DNA of 64,000 bases from assembly GCA_031459915.1 (NCBI GenBank), contig JAVKHO010000007.1, positions 56,389 through 120,388 on the forward strand. The letters run 5' to 3'. Below are positions 58,194 through 64,000 of this stretch, piece by piece. The translations under genes were made by a program, and so were the position numbers. This DNA comes from Candidatus Tepidifontimicrobium thermophilum. GTDB lineage: Bacteria > Sysuimicrobiota > Sysuimicrobiia > Sysuimicrobiales > Sysuimicrobiaceae. A model generated the notes under the pieces. That model did no database searches. It saw only the letters and a list, made by a program, of their open reading frames with translations, and had not been told where the DNA came from. Every line of letters starts with the position of its first letter. Positions within the stretch are counted from its first letter, which is position 1.

Positions 58194-59077
58194 GGGCGGT
58201 GCCGGAAGCAGCAGGCGGGACGTGGGAGGCGGAGGCCCTGGTGGCCGAGGCTCTTGAGGCACCGGCGGTGTACCGGGCCCTCTCCACGGAGTACGCCGAC
58301 GTGGGACGCCTGGTGGAGTACCTGGGCGAGCGACTGTTCTCCGGGGTCGTGCGGGTGAACCTGCCTGGCCGAGAGGCGTACGTGGTGCTGTTCCGGGGTC
58401 GGGTCCAGGCAGCCCGCTACCGCGTGGAGGACAGCACCCTGGAGGCCGGGGAGGCCGTCCGGAGCGTGCTGGCGGACAGCCGGTGGATGGAAGGGGAGGT
58501 GTGGGTCCACCAGCTTCCAGAGGAGCTGTTCCCGGAGGAGTGGGAGGAGCGCGAGCCCGTCCCGTGGGAAGCTGCGGAGGCGCAACACCCGCATCCCGAG
58601 CCGCCGGAAGCGGTGAGGGCGGATAGGACTCCGGCGGAGGCGACCGAAGGGGCCGCGGCCCCGCCCCCGGCAACGGGCAGCTTGCCGGAAACGGCGGAGC
58701 CTCCAGCCGAGCCAGGGCTTGGGGAGCCGGAGCCCGCGCGGGCGGCGCCGGCCGGAGAAGCATTGGACGTAGTCTCGTGGGTCCGTCTCCTGGAGAGCTT
58801 CGTGGCGCGGTTCAAGCGGTACAGGGGTCCTAGTGCGGCGAGCCGTCTGGAGGCGGAGGTGAACGCAGCACTGGAGGGCAGCGGCCTGCGGCTGGGCCGG
58901 GGCAGGGTGGAGGGCGAGGCTACGGATCCCGAAGCCCTTAGGCTGGCCGCGGTCCGGGCGGTGGGGTTCGTGAAGGGGATGGCCGGGCAGGCGTTCGCGG
59001 AGCAGAGCTTGGCGGTGGCGATGCGGGACGCAGGGATCAGGGACGGGGCGAAGGTCAAGGCGCTGTTGGAAACGTAG
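58190..59077 (+). CDS. Hypothetical protein with PATAN/DUF2226-like N-terminal domain
   Basis: LVEYLGERLFSGVVRV..EAYVVLFRGRVQAA pattern; acidic Pro linker; helical C-terminal domain. Confidence 0.55.
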   Translation: MRAVPEAAGGTWEAEALVAEALEAPAVYRALSTEYADVGRLVEYLGERLFSGVVRVNLPGREAYVVLFRGRVQAARYRVEDSTLEAGEAVRSVLADSRWMEGEVWVHQLPEELFPEEWEEREPVPWEAAEAQHPHPEPPEAVRADRTPAEATEGAAAPPPATGSLPETAEPPAEPGLGEPEPARAAPAGEALDVVSWVRLLESFVARFKRYRGPSAASRLEAEVNAALEGSGLRLGRGRVEGEATDPEALRLAAVRAVGFVKGMAGQAFAEQSLAVAMRDAGIRDGAKVKALLET

Positions 59078-59104
59078 CGACGTCGGCGGACGGGAGGTCG
59101 GCAG

Positions 59105-59878
59105 GTGCGCACGGTGGCATGGGTCGCTCTGGCGGTGGGGGTCCTGGTCCTGGTGGCCGCGGCCGTGGTGGTGCAACGACCGGTGCGCGCGGCGGAGGTC
59201 CGGCGGCAGCACAGCGTGGTGAGTGCGGCGCTGGTGCTGTTCCCGCTGGTGGCCGCGGGGACCAGTTTCGCGGCCGCGGCCAGCTACAGGCCTGCAGACC
59301 GGGGGCGGACCGTGTGGACCAGCCTCGGGGCTGCCTGCGCCCTTTGGGGCCTAGGCCGCGCGGTATTCTGGTACGCACAGGTGCTCGGAGAGCCCCCCAG
59401 GTTCCCCTCCGTGGCCGAGTTGCTGACCGCTGGCTTCTTCGTGCTGGGCCTGTGGGGCGTGTACCAGGAGTACCGGGCGGTCCGGGAGCTGGTGGGTCCG
59501 GCCCAGCGGGTCGCGATGGCCGCCGTGGTCCTGGCCACCCTGGTGGCCGGCTACCTGTTGTTCCTCCAGCCGGTGGTGGCGGGTGGCCTGCGCGGGCCCG
59601 CGGAGTCGGTGAGCCTGGCTTTCTCCCTCGCGGGGCTCGCCCTGATCCCCCTGGCCACGGCACCCGCGGTGGCGTTCTTCGGAGGCCTCGAGGGGTACGT
59701 GTGGCTGGTCATCTCCGCCTCCCTGGTGTGCATCTCGGTGGCGGTCATGTGGTTCAGCAACGCCGTGTTCTTCGACGTGTGGTTCGTAGGGCACCGCAGT
59801 AACGTGCTGCAGATGGTGGGGTTCGCCCTTCTGGCGGTGGGCGCGTTCTGGCACCGGGCGCTGATGCGGGAGGGTTAG
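59105..59878 (+). CDS. Multi-pass membrane protein resembling a standalone membrane sensor domain
   Basis: ~7-8 TMs; W..LG....LWGLG and FPSVAELL motifs resemble N-terminal sensor regions of signalling proteins. Confidence 0.6.
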   Translation: MRTVAWVALAVGVLVLVAAAVVVQRPVRAAEVRRQHSVVSAALVLFPLVAAGTSFAAAASYRPADRGRTVWTSLGAACALWGLGRAVFWYAQVLGEPPRFPSVAELLTAGFFVLGLWGVYQEYRAVRELVGPAQRVAMAAVVLATLVAGYLLFLQPVVAGGLRGPAESVSLAFSLAGLALIPLATAPAVAFFGGLEGYVWLVISASLVCISVAVMWFSNAVFFDVWFVGHRSNVLQMVGFALLAVGAFWHRALMREG

Positions 59879-59881
59879 GGC

Positions 59882-60877
59882 GTGATCCACCGGTTGCCCA
59901 CGGGCGACGTCAAAGAGGAGTGGAGTGGGATCTCCCCCGGTGAGCTGCGCGACCTGACCGAAGGGCTGCGCCGGAGCGACTTCTGCGGGTATGTGGAGCT
60001 GCGCTGGCCGGACTGTGAGGGGGCTCTAATCCTGTCCGGCGAGGGCAAAGTGTTCGCGGTGTTCCAGGCGGACGCGGTAGACCTGAGGGGCCCGGAGGCC
60101 CTCCGGCACATCGTGGGCCGCGCGGGCCGCGTTCACCCCCGGGCACGGGTGGTGGCCCTGCCCCACACCCTCGGCCCGCTGCTCGGATCCCTCAGCGAGC
60201 TACAGCCCCTGCACATGGGGCTGCACACCCGCTTCGTGGACCTGGAGAGGCTGGCAGCGCGCTTGGTGCGCGAGGGGTTTTCCGGGATGGTGGTCCTGGA
60301 GGGCGAGGGGTGGTGGGCTTTTCTGCCCTTCGGGGAGGACGGCAACGGGGCGGTGTACTACGACGGCACCACCGTGATGGGTAGGGATCCCCGGGAGCTC
60401 ATCGAGAGCTTGGTGGGGGTCGGGGCGGAGATCGAGGTGTGGGTGAGTCCGCAGCCGGCACCGCGGCCCGTGGAGTTCGAGGCAGCGGCTGCGGCCCGGG
60501 AGGAAGGCGGGGCGCTGGAGGCAGACTCCCGAGCTGCGCCCCGGCCGGAGGAAGCCCACGAAGCCGCTCCCACCGCACCTGAGCCTCCCTCTGGGGAGCA
60601 GAGTCCCGGGTGGCAGGCGTACAAAGGTTCGGATACCTTCGTGGTCGTGCCCGCGCTCGCTGCTGAGGCCGGGGAGAGTGGGCCGCTTTTGGAGCTGAGG
60701 GATCGCTTCGGGGAGCTGGCGGTGGATCTGGCCCGTCGGCTGGACGGGACCCGCACGCTGGAGGAGGTCCGGGTGGAACTCGGCCGGTCGTGCGCCGAGC
60801 TGGAACCGATCTTGCTCTACCTCCAGCAGCGGAAGTGGATGGCCCGTTACTTCCGCCGACGGGGGCCGCAGCGGTGA
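59882..60877 (+). CDS. Hypothetical protein with tandem PATAN/DUF2226-like repeats and C-terminal winged helix
   Basis: LRRSDFCGYVEL and LVREGFSGMVVL repeats; RLDGTRTLEEV..L..LQQRKW. Confidence 0.55.
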   Translation: MIHRLPTGDVKEEWSGISPGELRDLTEGLRRSDFCGYVELRWPDCEGALILSGEGKVFAVFQADAVDLRGPEALRHIVGRAGRVHPRARVVALPHTLGPLLGSLSELQPLHMGLHTRFVDLERLAARLVREGFSGMVVLEGEGWWAFLPFGEDGNGAVYYDGTTVMGRDPRELIESLVGVGAEIEVWVSPQPAPRPVEFEAAAAAREEGGALEADSRAAPRPEEAHEAAPTAPEPPSGEQSPGWQAYKGSDTFVVVPALAAEAGESGPLLELRDRFGELAVDLARRLDGTRTLEEVRVELGRSCAELEPILLYLQQRKWMARYFRRRGPQR

Positions 60878-61635
60878 GGGAGCGTGCAGCCAGAGACCTG
60901 CTGGACGATGCGGAAGCGGTGGCGCTGTTCCGGGAGTACCGCGCCACCGGGAACCCCGTGCTGCACGCCCGGATCTGTGCCACCTACGCCCCGCTGGTGG
61001 AGCGTATCGCGCGCATGTACCGGTCCAGCGGCGAGCCCCTCGAGGACCTGGTGCAGGTGGGGTACGTGGGACTCCTCCTGGCGGTGAACCGCTTTGATCC
61101 GGACCGCGGGGTGAAGTTCCAGACGTACGCGTCGCACCTCATCGCGGGTGAGATCCGCCACTACCTGCGGGACCAGGTGGGTGTGGTGCGGCGGCCCCGG
61201 TGGCTCGCCAGGCTCAGCCGGGAGCTGGACCGCACCGTGGAGCGGCTGCAGCGGGAAAACGGAGCGCTGCCCACGGTGGAGGAGATCGCCCAGGCCATGA
61301 ACATCACGCCGGAGGGCGTACGGGAGATCTTCCAGGCGCGGGCCGCCGCCTCACCCCTGTCCCTGGACGGCCCGGGCGAGGAACGGATCCGGCGGATCCG
61401 CCACCTGCGGTACGAGAGCTTCCAGCTGCCGGTAGAAGACCGCATCACGGTCCTGCAGGCCATGGAGCGGTTGACGGAGTTGCAGCGGAAAGTCCTGTAC
61501 CTGCTCTTCTACCAGGACCTGACGGAGACCGAGGCCGCCCGGCGGCTTCGGATCTCCCAGCGGCACGTGTCCCGGGTGATGCACAAGGCGTTGCGGCAGA
61601 TGGCACAGCTGCTGCGGGGCACTGTGCGTCCGTAG
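60874..61635 (+). CDS. SigB/SigF/SigG family RNA polymerase sigma factor
   Basis: EDLVQVGYVGLLLAVNRFDPDRG..F.TYA..I.GEIRHYLRD; PTVEEIA; ISQRHVSR. Confidence 0.92.
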   Translation: MRERAARDLLDDAEAVALFREYRATGNPVLHARICATYAPLVERIARMYRSSGEPLEDLVQVGYVGLLLAVNRFDPDRGVKFQTYASHLIAGEIRHYLRDQVGVVRRPRWLARLSRELDRTVERLQRENGALPTVEEIAQAMNITPEGVREIFQARAAASPLSLDGPGEERIRRIRHLRYESFQLPVEDRITVLQAMERLTELQRKVLYLLFYQDLTETEAARRLRISQRHVSRVMHKALRQMAQLLRGTVRP

Positions 61636-61668
61636 CCGCACGGAAGACCAAGGGGGAGGAGGGTCGAC

Positions 61669-62022
61669 ATGTCGGACCTTCGCAGGATCCTGGGAGAGTT
61701 CACCCAGCTGGACGGGGTGAGCGCCGCCCTGGTGGTGGGCCGGGACGGCTTCGTCATCGAGGGCGCGGCCACTGAGGACATCGACCTGGAAGCCCTCGGG
61801 GCGGTCACCGCCAGCAGCCTGGCCGCGTCTGACGCCCTGTCCACGGACCTGGGCCGCGGCCGGCTGTTCGGTCTCATGCTGGAGTACGAGGGCGGCCCCC
61901 TCGTGGTGTCGCCCGTGGGCTCCGAGGCGATGCTGGTCATCGTCGGCAACGGGACCGCGAACCTGGGCCGCATCCGGCTGGAGCTGAAGAAGCGGCAGCA
62001 GGCCGTAGCCGACGCCCTGTAA
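61669..62022 (+). CDS. Roadblock/LC7 (MglB-like) protein
   Basis: GVSAALVVGRDGFVIE, LEALGA, MLEYEGG, ANLGRIRLEL. Confidence 0.9.
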   Translation: MSDLRRILGEFTQLDGVSAALVVGRDGFVIEGAATEDIDLEALGAVTASSLAASDALSTDLGRGRLFGLMLEYEGGPLVVSPVGSEAMLVIVGNGTANLGRIRLELKKRQQAVADAL

Positions 62023-62097
62023 CGCGTGGAATCCCACCCACCCGTCCGCCCCGCCGGGCGCCACCGGCGGTCAGCCGCCGGTACAATGGAGGTCGGG

Positions 62098-62652
62098 ATG
62101 CGCGGGAAGCTGCGGGCCAGCGCCGCGGACCTGTGGCGGATGGGAGAGGGAGACGTCCGCCGCGAGCTGGTGGATGGCGAGGTCGTGGTGATGGCTCCCG
62201 TGGGGGGGACCCACGGGGAGGTGACCGGCCGGCTGTACCGTCGGCTGGCGGAACACGTGGAGCGCCACGGCGGGGGCAGGGTGCTGGCGGGAGACGTGGG
62301 CTTCGTCCTCCACCTCCCGTACGACCCCGAGCGAGTGCGAGCGCCTGACGTGGCCTACGTTTCGGAGGCCAGACTTCCCGGCGGCGCGCTGCCGGAGGGC
62401 TTTTTGCAAGGCGCCCCGGACCTGGCGGTGGAAGTGTTGTCGCCTTCCGACGACCCCGTGGACGTCCAGCAGAAGGTGCGGGACTGGCTGGAAGGAGGTT
62501 CCAGGCTGGTCTGGATCGTGGCGCCCCGTGCGAGGACCGCAACGGTTTACCGGCCCGACGGGTCGGCTCGGTGGCTGCGCGAGGACGACGTCCTGGAGGG
62601 AGAGGGCGTGCTGCCCGGCCTGCGAATTCCCCTGGCCGACCTGCTGCCGTGA
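62098..62652 (+). CDS. Uma2 family (PD-(D/E)xK) endonuclease-like protein
   Basis: ELVDGE, H, APDVAYV, PDLAVEVLSPSD, LPGL. Confidence 0.9.
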   Translation: MRGKLRASAADLWRMGEGDVRRELVDGEVVVMAPVGGTHGEVTGRLYRRLAEHVERHGGGRVLAGDVGFVLHLPYDPERVRAPDVAYVSEARLPGGALPEGFLQGAPDLAVEVLSPSDDPVDVQQKVRDWLEGGSRLVWIVAPRARTATVYRPDGSARWLREDDVLEGEGVLPGLRIPLADLLP

Positions 62653-63359
62653 GCTTCCGTGTGGTCTGGCGCGTGGACCTCCCCGGCCTCGCGGACTACA
62701 AGGCCACATGGGAGCTCCAGCGCCACCTGGTAGTGCTGCGCCAACGGGGAGCGGTGCCGGACGTGCTCCTGCTGCTGGAGCACCCGCCCGTGATCACGTG
62801 CGGCCGCGCCACCCGGCCCGAGCACCTGCCGGTCCCCCGGGAGACCCTGCAGCGCATGGGGTTCGCGGTGTTCGACATCGAGCGGGGCGGAAGCGTCACC
62901 TACCACGGCCCCGGGCAGCTGGTGGGGTATCCCGTTATGGACCTGCGGGCCTACGGCGAGAACGTAGTGGGCTACGTGCGGATGCTGGAGGAGTCCCTGA
63001 TCCGCACCCTGCGGCCGTACGGGATCGATGCCGCTCGACACCCGGGCTTCCCTGGGGTGTGGGTCGGGAAAGAGAAGATCGCAGCGGTAGGCGTGGCCGT
63101 CAAGCGCCGGGTGACCCTGCACGGCTTCGCGCTGAACGTGAACACGGACCTCGACGGCTTCCGGGTCATCAACCCGTGCGGCATCGGCTACGTCCCGACC
63201 TCCATGCAGAAGCTCCTGGGGCGGCGGGTGCCCGTGGAGGAGGTACGGGACGCCTACGCCTGTGCCTTCGAGGAAGTCTTCGGGGTCCGGCTGGAACGCG
63301 TACCGCCGCACGAACTGGTCCCCGGACCCGCGCCTGCAGAACCCCTCCGTACCTCCTGA
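62649..63359 (+). CDS. lipB: Lipoyl(octanoyl) transferase
   Basis: LLEHPPVIT.GR, RGGSVTYHGPGQLVGYP, KIAAVG, HGFALNV, INPCG. Confidence 0.95.
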   Translation: MSFRVVWRVDLPGLADYKATWELQRHLVVLRQRGAVPDVLLLLEHPPVITCGRATRPEHLPVPRETLQRMGFAVFDIERGGSVTYHGPGQLVGYPVMDLRAYGENVVGYVRMLEESLIRTLRPYGIDAARHPGFPGVWVGKEKIAAVGVAVKRRVTLHGFALNVNTDLDGFRVINPCGIGYVPTSMQKLLGRRVPVEEVRDAYACAFEEVFGVRLERVPPHELVPGPAPAEPLRTS

Positions 63360-63382
63360 GAGCTCCCTGTACCAGCCCAGCC

Positions 63383-63841
63383 TCACCCCAGGGGAGGCCC
63401 GACGATCTCGATGCCGTAGCGCAGGGCGGTCTCCGCCAGCACGGCCGCGGCCTCTGGTGTAGGAGGACCGCCAGGAGGCGGCAGCTCCGGACGGAGCGCG
63501 GGCCGCGCCATGGCGCGCACGAACTCCTCGAAGTCCCGCCCCGTGGTGACCGTGAGCCAGCGGGCCTCGCCTGCCGAGACGACCCGGTAGGTGTGCGGCA
63601 CGCCCTTCGGGGCCAGAAGGGCCTCGCCTTGGCCGAGGGTGTGGTCCTGGTGGCCCACCCGCAGCCGCAGGGTCCCCTCCAGCACGTGAAAGACTTCGTC
63701 TTCCGTGTGGTGCACGTGCAGGGGGGGAGAGTCGCCCTCGGGCGCTCGGTGCTCCAGAACCGAAATCCGGTCCGCGCTGTCCCGGTGGGAGACGCGGATC
63801 TGGACCAGGGTGTCCAGAAACCACAGGGCTTCAGGTGTCAT
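63383..63841 (-). CDS. Cupin domain protein (quercetinase-like)
   Basis: PPLHVHHTEDEVFHVLEG, PKGVPHTY, YGIEIVGPP; SD GAGG before ATG. Confidence 0.88.
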   Translation of the reverse strand: MTPEALWFLDTLVQIRVSHRDSADRISVLEHRAPEGDSPPLHVHHTEDEVFHVLEGTLRLRVGHQDHTLGQGEALLAPKGVPHTYRVVSAGEARWLTVTTGRDFEEFVRAMARPALRPELPPPGGPPTPEAAAVLAETALRYGIEIVGPPLG

Positions 63842-63855
63842 AGATTCCTCCCTCC

Positions 63856-63999
63856 TCACCGCACCACCACGGTGCCCTTCATCCCCACCAGGGCGTGGAC
63901 GGGACACCAGTAGGTGTAGGTCCCGCTCCGGGTGAACCGGAGGCTGTAGGTGCGGGGCCCCGGAGCGCCCAGGGGCACCAGGATCCCGGAGTTCACGTA
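63856..63999 (-). CDS. Plastocyanin/azurin-like cupredoxin, C-terminal part (truncated by window)
   Basis: Reverse translation YVNSGIL...FTRSGTYTYWCPVHALVGMKGTVVVR*. Confidence 0.82.
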   Translation of the reverse strand, partial: YVNSGILVPLGAPGPRTYSLRFTRSGTYTYWCPVHALVGMKGTVVVR

Positions 64000-64000
64000 G

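Noticed and set aside
62098..62652. Uma2 protein as a defence system
   Set aside because: Solitary member of a commonly expanded family, with no methylase or other defence partners.

Overview
High-GC bacterial chromosome segment (roughly 70% GC by eye). It is almost entirely + strand with tight ATGA/GTGA gene overlaps. The Firmicutes-like gene orders and protein style suggest a thermophilic Terrabacteria lineage such as Armatimonadota relatives, but this is a weak inference. I found no prophage, IS element or CRISPR array. In order, the window holds: ctpA fragment, polysaccharide deacetylase, livKHMGF, cupredoxin, tRNA-Ala(CGC), bcp, PBP1A, yebC-ruvCAB-DUF2905-spoIID, yajC, gdhA and an HD protein. 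A ~19 kb run follows: hemACDBL / GT2-PIG-L-BshC-like trio / ccmABCDE / an unusual Rieske-cytochrome b cluster / polyprenyl synthase. Then come a soluble histidine kinase with an ANTAR regulator, tatA, radC-mreBCD-mrdA-rodA-rng, alaS-ruvX-DUF1292-mltG-yqeG, roadblock + TPR-SLT, two orphan solute-binding proteins, a MerR/PATAN-like/SigB/roadblock module, Uma2, lipB and a cupin. The best candidate for a new system is the respiratory cluster at 29.9-37.3 kb. One cytochrome b has lost both bH heme ligands. A second, intact cytochrome b is fused to a 2[4Fe-4S] ferredoxin and followed by an MvhD-like protein. A cbb3 CcoN-like subunit lacks all six metal-ligand histidines. Other strong leads are the bacillithiol-like trio that uses a GT2 instead of BshA, the roadblock/PATAN-like sigma module with no GTPase or anti-sigma factor, and a candidate ANTAR target hairpin in the liv leader. 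All family calls come from motif recognition by eye; no searches were run.
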